Origin: an uncultured delta proteobacterium
GTDB lineage: Bacteria > Desulfobacterota > Binatia > Binatales > Binataceae
DNA length: 64,000 bases
Reading direction: 5' to 3'
Assembly: GCA_963724765.1 (NCBI GenBank)
Contig: CAVRVY010000004.1
Span: 768,001 to 832,000, forward strand
Positions 1-8,320 of this stretch are shown here, in pieces. Under the pieces are notes generated by a model, which saw only the letters and a list, made by a program, of their open reading frames with translations, did not search any database and had not been told where the DNA came from. The number at the start of each line of letters is the position of its first letter. Within the stretch, counting starts at the first letter, position 1. The position numbers and the translations under genes were made by a program.

Positions 1-213
1 GAGCTCCATGAAGACGCCCTGGTGCGCGACGCGCGCGTGCTGATCGTCGACGATCTGCTGGCGACCGGTGGCACGGCCGAAGCCACGGTGCGCCTCGCGC
101 AAAAACTCCACGCCGCCATCGTGAGCTGCGCCTTCGTGATCGAATTGGGCGCGCTGGGCGGGCGCCAGCGCATCGCGCCGGTCCAATGCTTCTCGCTTAT
201 GCATTATGATTGA
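1..213 (+). CDS. apt: Adenine phosphoribosyltransferase, 3' part (5'-truncated by window edge)
   Basis: PRPP-binding motif VLIVDDLLATGGT and typical APRT C-terminus (FVIELGALGGR). Confidence 0.9.
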   Translation, partial: ELHEDALVRDARVLIVDDLLATGGTAEATVRLAQKLHAAIVSCAFVIELGALGGRQRIAPVQCFSLMHYD

Positions 214-304
214 AGCTTCCCGGATCGCCGGGGCGGCGCAGCCACCCTGGCAGCCGCCGTGCGCCGCGTGACATCAAGCGCCGGCCGGCGGGCGTTCCAG
301 TTCC

Positions 305-1210
305 GTGCAACCTGAGGAGATACAAAACGCGGTCGCGGCGGATCGAAACCGTTTGCTGATCGTGCTCGCCCTGACGGCGCTCTATTGCGCCGCCGAATTC
401 ATCGGCGGGTACTACTCGAACAGCCTCGCGCTGATTTCCGACGCGGTCCATCTGCTGACCGACATCGCCGCGATCTGTCTCGCGCTGCTCACGCTATGGA
501 TCTCGACGCGTCCTGCGAGCGGCGCCAAGACCTATGGCTATCTACGCGCGGAAATCCTGGGCGCGCTGGCCAACGGGGTTTTCCTGTGGCTACTGGTGAT
601 CTTCATCTGGTTTGAGGCAGTCCAGCGTCTGCGCGATCCCAGGCCCGTCGCGGGGCTGACCGTAATCGCAATCGCAACGTTCGGTCTGGGCGTCAATGGC
701 TTCTCGGCCTGGATGACCCATGCGGCCGAAATTGAAGCGGGACGGCCCGGGATGGCGGTGCGGGCGGTATTCGTCCACGTGCTGTCCGACCTGATCGGCA
801 CCTTCGGCGTGATGCTGGCGGGCGCGCTGGTGTACTTTTTCGGATGGCGCCAGGCGGACGCGCTGATAGGCCTGCTGATCGGCGCGCTGGTGCTCTACAG
901 CTCGTGGGGCCTGCTGCGCGAAGGCGTCGACATCCTGATGGAATCGGTGCCGGCGCATATCGACCTCGAAGAGCTGCGCCACGATCTGCTCGCGGTCCAG
1001 GACACCGAGGAGGTCCACGATCTTCACGTCTGGTGTCTGGCGAGCCGCCAGTTCGCGCTCTCTGCGCACGCCGTGGTGACGCGCGAGGCCGACCAGGACC
1101 GCGTGCTCTCCGAGATGTCTGCGATGCTCGAGCGGAAGTTCAACATCCGGCACATGACCGTGCAGCTCGAACGCGACAGCCGCCGCGCCAGCGAGCCCGA
1201 GCATTTCTGA
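305..1210 (+). CDS. czcD: Cation diffusion facilitator (Zn/Co/Cd efflux)
   Basis: SNSLALISDAVHLLTD (TM2 HxxxD), TYGYLRAE, HVLSD (TM5), VHDLHVW, HMTVQLE; multiple TM helices. Confidence 0.9.
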   Translation: MQPEEIQNAVAADRNRLLIVLALTALYCAAEFIGGYYSNSLALISDAVHLLTDIAAICLALLTLWISTRPASGAKTYGYLRAEILGALANGVFLWLLVIFIWFEAVQRLRDPRPVAGLTVIAIATFGLGVNGFSAWMTHAAEIEAGRPGMAVRAVFVHVLSDLIGTFGVMLAGALVYFFGWRQADALIGLLIGALVLYSSWGLLREGVDILMESVPAHIDLEELRHDLLAVQDTEEVHDLHVWCLASRQFALSAHAVVTREADQDRVLSEMSAMLERKFNIRHMTVQLERDSRRASEPEHF

Positions 1211-1216
1211 ATTTAC
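1173..1216 (+). repeat. Left copy of imperfect direct repeat (3' end of czcD) bounding an AT-rich island
   Basis: Exact 15-bp core CGAGCATTTCTGAAT at 1198-1212 recurs at 2618-2632, with flanking similarity (CCGCCGCG upstream, T/C-TAC downstream). Confidence 0.85.
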
Positions 1217-1659
1217 CTGGCTATCAGGTCATATCCCTTCAATAGCCGTTTCAGTCTCAAAGCTACTGCAGCCCTCCTCAACCCGTTTTTTATTTCGTCC
1301 CTGAACCCTTCGGCATATCTTTTGACCTCCTAAACGGTTCCCCATTCCCTGCATCGTTTGCGCTCGAGCTCATTAGTTGCAAGCAGCTCTTGGAATCTAA
1401 TTTACTAACTTGAACGAGCTCCGTGCACGACGAGTTGAAACTATGTTAATAAACAAATCATGACGATCTATCATGTTCTTTATTCAGCATTTGTATGCAC
1501 TCGAATAAACAATTAACTAGTCCTTGCCGGTAATAACGTGCGGTAATGGCGTGATAGATATAGATATAAAGGACATCCCGGATCGCAGCGTAATGTTTGT
1601 TTGCGCCTTGACGTCTCAACGCTGACCTGCTTCTATAATGTGAATAATGTGTGTCGAGG

Positions 1660-1687
1660 TTGTAGTTCGTAACGATCGCATTATAAT
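1660..1687 (+). promoter_or_regulatory. Putative sigma70 promoter of the OMP gene
   Basis: TTGTAG-N16-TATAAT in AT-rich DNA about 195 nt upstream of the ATG; a second TATAAT lies at 1634. Confidence 0.35.
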
Positions 1688-1881
1688 AGCTGAGGTTTGC
1701 GGTCCGCAAAAAAGCTGCGCTCGAGATTGAGGTGTTCGTTAGTAAGGCCTGCGGTCGGTAATTGAACTGTTTCCTTCAGTCTTAACTGCTCGAAATTACT
1801 AGCTCAAAATCGGCCGAGCGACTTCGACGTCTGTCGCTCGACGCAGGTAATCGCGGTTGTGTCTCAAGGAGGAGGTGTGCC

Positions 1882-2547
1882 ATGAGGTCTGTTCGTATTT
1901 TTGCTGCTGTCGCGCTGTTGATTGGTTATTTTGCCACGTATGCCTGCGCTCAAGGCTTTTATGCCGATTCTTTTGGCGGCGGCGTCTTCGCACAAAACGC
2001 CTTTGCGCGAGTGGCTGATCCTTTACTTCCGGCTAGCATTAATTCCCACATCAACTACGACGTTGGATGGCTCGCAGGCGCTGCTGGAGGGTATGAACTG
2101 CCGCTGGGTTTGGCGTTCGAAGGCGAATTCACGTTTCGCCAGAATGATATCGATCGTATTGCTAGCAGCGAGGCATTTTTTACCGGCGGTGATATGCACA
2201 GTTTCGCCATGATGGCGAATGGTTACTACCGACTGCATAATCGGACGCCGTTCACTCCGTATATCGGAGGCGGCGTTGGAGAGGTTGTCGTAGTAATGAA
2301 CAACACTCGTCCGGTTGGCGTCAGCGGAAGCTTCGGTGGCACCGATGCGGTTTTCGCGTATCAGGCGATCGGCGGCATCTCCGATTCTTTTTCGCCACGC
2401 TTGAGCCTGGCGGCGGAATATCGCTATTTCGCCACTACAAGACCGGGATTTCAGGAAGACATTGCAGGAATTTCGAACTTCAGGATCAGCCCTGACTATG
2501 AGACGCACAATGCCCTCTTAAAGGTAACTTACAATTTTGGACATTAA
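1882..2547 (+). CDS. Outer membrane beta-barrel protein (OmpA-like/OMP_b-brl, 8-stranded)
   Basis: Strong SD AGGAGG, signal peptide (ACA-QG), TPFTPYIGGGVG, AEYRYF, C-terminal VTYNF; lower GC than the flanks. Confidence 0.8.
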   Translation: MRSVRIFAAVALLIGYFATYACAQGFYADSFGGGVFAQNAFARVADPLLPASINSHINYDVGWLAGAAGGYELPLGLAFEGEFTFRQNDIDRIASSEAFFTGGDMHSFAMMANGYYRLHNRTPFTPYIGGGVGEVVVVMNNTRPVGVSGSFGGTDAVFAYQAIGGISDSFSPRLSLAAEYRYFATTRPGFQEDIAGISNFRISPDYETHNALLKVTYNFGH

Positions 2548-2598
2548 AAAAGGGTAGTTATAAAGATTGTACGCCTGACAGCGGCCGGCGTCCCGTCG

Positions 2599-2636
2599 GC
2601 GACCGCCGCGACGAGTTCGAGCATTTCTGAATCTAC
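2599..2636 (+). repeat. Right copy of the czcD 3'-end direct repeat
   Basis: GCGACCGCCGCGACGAGTTCGAGCATTTCTGAATCTAC aligns with 1173-1216; offset 1420 bp. Confidence 0.85.
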
Positions 2637-3295
2637 GGAACGCTTAAATGCTCGGTCAGGTCCAGCGCGATCGGACGCCATCGCGCGCTGTGCAAATCCG
2701 CGCCGCCCGCTTCTAGTTCGAGAATGTGGATCGATCCAAGATCGATGTGCGGCTCGAAGACACCCGTCAACTGGCGCACTACTGCGCGAATTACGCCGCG
2801 ATGCGCGACCAGTAGCGCGTTCGCGCCGGCAATGCCGCTCGCGCGCGCGTCCCACAGGGCGAGCATCTTTGCGATCCCGCGCGCGACGCGCGCAACAAAC
2901 GCCGCCCTGCTCTCGCCCTCGGGATAGACGAAGTCGGGCGCCAGCCGGTTGGAGTTCCATCGCCGGAATTCGTCGGGATAGCGCTCGGCGATCTCCTCCG
3001 TGGTCAGGCCCTCGAAGAGGCCGAAATCGACCTCGACGAATTCCTCGATTGCGACCGCCGCAGCGTCCTTGCCTGCGATGATGCGTGCGCCTTCCGTCGC
3101 GCGCACCAACGGGCTGGTGAATACCGGGGCGAAGCCGCTCGCGCCTGCGCGCGCCGCGAGCCATCCGCGCGCCGCGCGCATCTGGCGGCGGCCCAACGCC
3201 GACAGCGCGACATCGGTGCGGCCGTAGTAACGGATGCTCGAGTGGCCGACGGTTTCGCCGTGGCGCACCAGCACCAACCGCACCGGATTCGCCAT
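2633..3295 (-). CDS. Histidine phosphatase family protein (PGM/CobC/PspA-like)
   Basis: LVRHGET, SPLVRA, EVDFGLFEG, GES, VAHRGVI motifs. Confidence 0.85.
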   Translation of the reverse strand: MANPVRLVLVRHGETVGHSSIRYYGRTDVALSALGRRQMRAARGWLAARAGASGFAPVFTSPLVRATEGARIIAGKDAAAVAIEEFVEVDFGLFEGLTTEEIAERYPDEFRRWNSNRLAPDFVYPEGESRAAFVARVARGIAKMLALWDARASGIAGANALLVAHRGVIRAVVRQLTGVFEPHIDLGSIHILELEAGGADLHSARWRPIALDLTEHLSVP

Positions 3296-3300
3296 CGGGG

Positions 3301-4611
3301 TCAGGCTTTTGCTGGCGCGGCGTCGTCGAGCGGGTTGAGCACCAGGCCGGTCAGCAGCTTGGGATAGAAGTAGGTCGATTTCTCGGGCATCACGGCGCCC
3401 GTGTCGCTGACCGCTTCGACGTCGCTTATCGCCGGCGGATTCATCAGGAAGGCGCCGCTGGCTGTGCCCGGGCCGACGTTCTCAAGCGCACCAAGTGCGT
3501 CGATTGTGTATTCGATAAGTCCGCCCGCCTTGATCTGCTCGGGCGTGATCTGAAAGATGCGCTCCAGCACCAGTGCGTGCAGCACGCTTACGTCGAGCCG
3601 TTGCACAGCTTGTGGTGACCCCGGCATCGCGTCGGCCATCGCACTCGGATCATTGAGCCGCAAGAGCCGCAGCTTGACCCGCTCGCCGCCGAGCGCGACC
3701 GCGATCGCGCCCTGCCCCGCTTTCGCCAGCGCCGCGCGCATCGCGTCGGCGCTGCTGAACTCCTCGACCGCGAACAATGGCGCCACCCGCGTATCGAACG
3801 ACGCTATCGTTTCCGGATCAAGACGCCGCGCCACACGATAAGTCGGCAGGATCACCAATCCTGGATCGTCGCAGGCGACCAGCGTCATCATCGTGTAATC
3901 GTAAGGCTGCGCGGCAGCCGGATCGTGCTCGGCAGCGCGACGGCGGCGGCGATACTCGAGCGCGGTTTCGTAGCGATGGTGGCCGTCGGCGATGAAGATG
4001 CGCGGGCTCTCGAGTTCGTCCTGAATCGTCGCAATTGCCGCCTCGTCCTCGATCGGATGCAACTGGTTGCGGATGCCGAGGTCGTCGGTGACCTCCAGCG
4101 CGGGCTCACGCGCCGTAAGCTCGGCCGTGAGACTGGCGAGCGCTGGATGCGCGCCGGCGTAAAGGCCGAAGACTGAGCTGACGTTGGTGTTGAGCGCGGT
4201 CAGCAGTTCGAGCCGGTCCTGTTTGGCGGCGGGAAAAGTCCGTTCGTGCGGCAGGATTCGTCCGGCGCTGAACTCCTCCAGCCGGATGCGCGCGATAAAC
4301 CCGTCACGCCGTAGCAGACGCCCCTCGATCTCAAAAAACTGCGAGTACAGATAAATCGCCGGCCGGGGAGCGCGCTTGAGGATGCCTTCATTAAGCCACT
4401 CGCCGAGCGTGCGCGCCGCCGCACCGTAGCGGTCCGGATCGCGGTTGAGCTCCAGGCGCACGACGTTATAAAGGCTGCGCGCGTAGAGCGCGTCCTGGCG
4501 CGCCTTGTCGATTAGGTCATATGGCGGTGCGACGACGTTGCTCAGCACGCCGACTCGCTCGGGATCGTAGCGCAGTCCCGGGAATGGTTCGATTCGATGC
4601 GTCATCGCCAT
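3301..4611 (-). CDS. DUF1015 family protein
   Basis: APPYDLI, ILPHERT, IADGHHRYETA, MPEKSTYFYPKL signatures. Confidence 0.9.
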   Translation of the reverse strand: MAMTHRIEPFPGLRYDPERVGVLSNVVAPPYDLIDKARQDALYARSLYNVVRLELNRDPDRYGAAARTLGEWLNEGILKRAPRPAIYLYSQFFEIEGRLLRRDGFIARIRLEEFSAGRILPHERTFPAAKQDRLELLTALNTNVSSVFGLYAGAHPALASLTAELTAREPALEVTDDLGIRNQLHPIEDEAAIATIQDELESPRIFIADGHHRYETALEYRRRRRAAEHDPAAAQPYDYTMMTLVACDDPGLVILPTYRVARRLDPETIASFDTRVAPLFAVEEFSSADAMRAALAKAGQGAIAVALGGERVKLRLLRLNDPSAMADAMPGSPQAVQRLDVSVLHALVLERIFQITPEQIKAGGLIEYTIDALGALENVGPGTASGAFLMNPPAISDVEAVSDTGAVMPEKSTYFYPKLLTGLVLNPLDDAAPAKA

Positions 4612-4621
4612 CGCTCAAGCC

Positions 4622-5245
4622 TCATCGCGAAGCGCCGCCCTTAAGCGCGGCGGCCAACTGGCGCTCGCTCACCGCGCCCGGGCGCAGCACCCGTATCCCG
4701 GAGCGGTCGATGGCGACCACGGTACTGGGTGCGCCACCGGCAAGCCGGCCATCCTCAACGAACACTTTAATTTTATCGCCGAGTGCGCGGCGCGCCGCAG
4801 CGGGCTCCACGGCCGGCGGCTCGCCCGCGAGATTCGCACTGGTCGCGGTGAGCGGACTTCGAAGCGCGGCGGCGAGCGCGCGGGCGATCGGATGCGACGA
4901 GACGCGCACGCCAACTCCGCCGTCGGCACCGATGAGCGCCGCCGGAATTCCGTCGCGCGCAGGCAGCACCAGGGTAAGCGGTCCCGGCCAGAAGGTCTCG
5001 GCAAGGACCCGCGCCTGGACCGGCACTTCGCGCGCGACCGCGAAAGCCATCGCGGTGTCGGCGGCGATCAACGCCACCGGCTTCTCGGGCTCGCGTCCCT
5101 TGATCGCGAACAGCCGCTCGAGCGCGTGCATCGTGAGCGCGTCCACGCCGAGCGCATAGAACGTTTCCGTCGGATAGACGATCGCCTCACCGGCGACGAG
5201 CGCCGCCAGCGCATCCCTGATGGCCGTGCGATTGTTCTCAGCCAA
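4622..5245 (-). CDS. tsaC: L-threonylcarbamoyladenylate synthase (YrdC/Sua5)
   Basis: YPTETFYAL, KGREPEKP, FWPGPLT, TATSANLAG motifs. Confidence 0.92.
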   Translation of the reverse strand: MAENNRTAIRDALAALVAGEAIVYPTETFYALGVDALTMHALERLFAIKGREPEKPVALIAADTAMAFAVAREVPVQARVLAETFWPGPLTLVLPARDGIPAALIGADGGVGVRVSSHPIARALAAALRSPLTATSANLAGEPPAVEPAAARRALGDKIKVFVEDGRLAGGAPSTVVAIDRSGIRVLRPGAVSERQLAAALKGGASR

Positions 5246-5296
5246 CGTGGGACACTCCGAAGCTCTCGGCCACGGCCGGCAATCTTTCGATGCTGT

Positions 5297-6622
5297 TCAT
5301 TGAGGTTGAGGCAGGCGTTCGAGCGCGCGGCGGGCGATATCGCGGCGCATCTGTTTGCCCTCGAACTCGATCATCGCGGCCGCCTCGTAGGCGGTGGCAA
5401 CCGCGTGGCGCAAATCCGCCGCCATCGCAGTCACCACCAGCACGCGGCCGCCGTCGGACACCAGCCGCCCCTCGTGCGTCGAGGTCCCCGCATGAAAAAC
5501 CTTGACGCGCGTTTTTTGCAGCGCCCATCGCACCTTCGCATCCGAGGGCTCGGTCCCGTCGATCCGCTCAAGCCCGCTTATCGCAACGCCCTTGCGATAC
5601 TCGCCGGGATATCCGCCCGAGGCCAGCACGACGGCCGCAGCGGCGCGCGGCGAGAGCCTGACGCTCAAATTTTTGAGCCGGCCCTCGGCGCAGGCGAGCA
5701 GCGTCTGGGCGAGGTCGCCCTCGAAACGCATCATCAGCGGCTCGCATTCGGGATCGCCGAAGCGAACGTTGTACTCGAGCACGTTGATTCGCGCGCCATC
5801 GATCATCAGCCCCACGAACATCACACCGCGAAACGGTGCGCCGCGCGCGCGCATCGCGCCGAGCGTCGGCGCCACCACCTCGTCCATCACGCGCGCTTCG
5901 AGCGCCGGGCCGAAATGCGGGACCGGCGTGTACGCGCCCATCCCGCCGGTGTTGGGGCCGCGGTCGCCGTCGAAGGCGGCCTTATGATCCTGCACCAGGC
6001 CGAGCGCGACCGCATTTTCGCCGTCGCAGAGCGCGAAGAAGGAAAGCTCCTCGCCCACCAGCCTCTCTTCGATCACGACCCGCGCGCCCGCCGCGCCAAA
6101 GAGCCGGCGTTCCATCGCGTCGTCGATCGCGGCCAGCGCGGCCGCGGCGTCCTCGCACACGACCACGCCCTTGCCCAGCGCCAGGCCGTCCGCCTTGACC
6201 ACCATCGGGCCGCCATGCGCGCGGACCCATCGGCGCGCCGCCTCGGCCTCGTCGAAGACCTCGAAGCTCGCGGTCGGCACGCCCGCCTCACGCATCACGG
6301 CCTTGGCGAACGCCTTGCTCGCCTCCAACTGCGCCGCGGCTTTGGTGGGGCCGAAAACTCTGAGTCCCGCGCGATCGAACTCGTCGACGATTCCCGCGGC
6401 CAGCGGATCTTCGGGCCCGACCACGGTGAGATCGATTTTTTCGCTGCGCACGAAATCGGCCAGAGCGGCGAAATCGTTCTGCGCGACGGGGATTACCTTC
6501 GCGAGCTGCGCTATGCCGGGATTGCCGCCTGCGCAGTAGAGCTTGCGCGCCGTCTCGCTCTGGTTAAGCCGCCAGAGCAGTGCGTGCTCGCGCGCGCCCC
6601 TGCCAACAACCAGTACTTTCAT
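5297..6622 (-). CDS. purD: Phosphoribosylamine-glycine ligase
   Basis: GAREHAL, GPEDPL, KADGLALGKGV, GPNTGGMGAY, EYNVRFGDPE. Confidence 0.97.
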   Translation of the reverse strand: MKVLVVGRGAREHALLWRLNQSETARKLYCAGGNPGIAQLAKVIPVAQNDFAALADFVRSEKIDLTVVGPEDPLAAGIVDEFDRAGLRVFGPTKAAAQLEASKAFAKAVMREAGVPTASFEVFDEAEAARRWVRAHGGPMVVKADGLALGKGVVVCEDAAAALAAIDDAMERRLFGAAGARVVIEERLVGEELSFFALCDGENAVALGLVQDHKAAFDGDRGPNTGGMGAYTPVPHFGPALEARVMDEVVAPTLGAMRARGAPFRGVMFVGLMIDGARINVLEYNVRFGDPECEPLMMRFEGDLAQTLLACAEGRLKNLSVRLSPRAAAAVVLASGGYPGEYRKGVAISGLERIDGTEPSDAKVRWALQKTRVKVFHAGTSTHEGRLVSDGGRVLVVTAMAADLRHAVATAYEAAAMIEFEGKQMRRDIARRALERLPQPQ

Positions 6623-6701
6623 CAGGCCGATACTTCCATCAGGCCGACCGCCTTTATCGGGCCAGTAATTTTAATCGAGCAAGCGACTTTCATCGAGCAA
6701 C
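6614..6701. repeat. Degenerate tandem array, 5 x 17-18 bp, overlapping the purD start
   Basis: TACTTTCATCAGGCCGA / TACTTCCATCAGGCCGAC / CGCCTTTATCGGGCCAG / TAATTTTAATCGAGCAAG / CGACTTTCATCGAGCAAC. Confidence 0.7.
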
Positions 6702-6753
6702 TGAGAACGCCGGACGGCAGGCGCGGCCTGGAATTAATTGTGGCGCGCGGTCC

Positions 6754-8319
6754 TCAGTGACGGAAGTGGCGCACCCCTGTAAAGACCATCGCGAGCCCGT
6801 GCGCGTCAGCGGCGGCGATGACCTCGGAATCGCGCATCGCACCACCCGGCTGTGCGATCGCCGTGGCGCCGGCCTCGGCAGCCAGCGTCGGGCCGTCGGG
6901 AAAAGGAAACAAAGCCTCGGACACCAGCACCGAATCTTTAAGTGATACTTTAAGCCGTGCTGCCTTCTCGCGCGCCGCGTACAGCGGGTCGATTCGCGAG
7001 GTCGCGCCACCACCGACCGCCAGCGTGCGATCCTCGGTGACGAAGGCGATCGCATTGGACTTTACGTGCTTGCACACCCGGATACCGAATTCCATTGCGC
7101 GCAATTCCGCGGGGGTCGGCGCACGCCGCGTCACGACCTTGCCTTCGCGGGGGTCCTCAAGGCTGAGGTCGGGTGTTTGCACCAGCAATCCGCCGACGAC
7201 TCGTTTGAGGTCCAAGTCCTCGCGCCGCACCGCCTCGGGATGAAACCGCATCACGCGCCGATTCTTCTTCTTGCGCAAAAACTCCAGCACACCGGGCTCG
7301 AAGGAGGTCGCAATCAGAACCTCGGTGAACAATTCGTCGACCGCCTCGGCGAACGGCAGGTCCCACGGGCGATTAGCGATGATTATTCCGCCGAATGGCG
7401 AGTCGGGGTCGGTCGCGAACGCCTTCCCCCAAGCCTCAAGCAGCGTCGCGCCGACGCCCACGCCGCACGGCATGTTGTGCTTGAGGATCGCGACCACGGC
7501 GTCTTTGTAGCCGGTGAAATCGAGCATCAGATTGACGGCAGAGCTGATGTCGAAGACGTTGTTGAAGGAAAGCTCGCGGCCATGGAGTTGTTCGGCGATT
7601 TCGAGAAAGCGCCCGTAGAGCGCGCCTACCTGATGCGGATTCTCGCCGTAGCGAAGCGTCTGCTCGCGCGGCAGCGAGAGGCTGAAGGTCTCGCCGAGCG
7701 GTTGGCGCTGGCCGTCTTCGATCGCGCCGAGGTAATTGGAGATTGCGCAATCGTAAGCGGTCACACGCGCAAAGGCCTTGCGCGCCAGACGCCATCGGGT
7801 CGCCCGCCCAAGCGCGCCGCCGCTCTTTGCGAGTTCCTCGATCAGCGCCGGGTAGTCAGCCGGGTCGACCACCACCGCGACGTCGTTCCAGTTCTTGGCC
7901 GCCGCCCGCACCAGCGCGGGGCCGCCGATGTCGATATTCTCGATCGCGTCGTCCAGGCTGACGCCGGCGCGCTCGACCGTGCGTTCGAAGGGATAGAAGT
8001 TGACCACCACCAGGTCGATCGGCTCGATCCCATGCTCGCGCATCTGGCGGCGATGGTTCTCGTCGCCGCGCCGCGCCAGGATTGCGCCGTGAATCTTCGG
8101 ATGGAGCGTCTTGACCCGCCCGTCGAGCATCTCGGGCGAGCCGGTAAAGTTTTCGACTCCGCGGACCTTGACTCCGTCCGCTTCCAGAGCCGCCGCGGTG
8201 CCGCTGGTCGAAACTATCTCGACTCCGCGCACCGCCAGCGCCCGGGCGAATTCGCCGAGCCCCGCCTTATCCGAGACGCCGAGCAGCGCCCGGGTGATTT
8301 TTACCGCGCCGGTTTCCAT
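6754..8319 (-). CDS. purH: Bifunctional AICAR transformylase/IMP cyclohydrolase
   Basis: GRVKTLHP, ENIDIGGP, LRYGENPHQ, KHVKSNAI, C-terminal TGVRHFRH. Confidence 0.97.
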   Translation of the reverse strand: METGAVKITRALLGVSDKAGLGEFARALAVRGVEIVSTSGTAAALEADGVKVRGVENFTGSPEMLDGRVKTLHPKIHGAILARRGDENHRRQMREHGIEPIDLVVVNFYPFERTVERAGVSLDDAIENIDIGGPALVRAAAKNWNDVAVVVDPADYPALIEELAKSGGALGRATRWRLARKAFARVTAYDCAISNYLGAIEDGQRQPLGETFSLSLPREQTLRYGENPHQVGALYGRFLEIAEQLHGRELSFNNVFDISSAVNLMLDFTGYKDAVVAILKHNMPCGVGVGATLLEAWGKAFATDPDSPFGGIIIANRPWDLPFAEAVDELFTEVLIATSFEPGVLEFLRKKKNRRVMRFHPEAVRREDLDLKRVVGGLLVQTPDLSLEDPREGKVVTRRAPTPAELRAMEFGIRVCKHVKSNAIAFVTEDRTLAVGGGATSRIDPLYAAREKAARLKVSLKDSVLVSEALFPFPDGPTLAAEAGATAIAQPGGAMRDSEVIAAADAHGLAMVFTGVRHFRH

Positions 8320-8320
8320 C

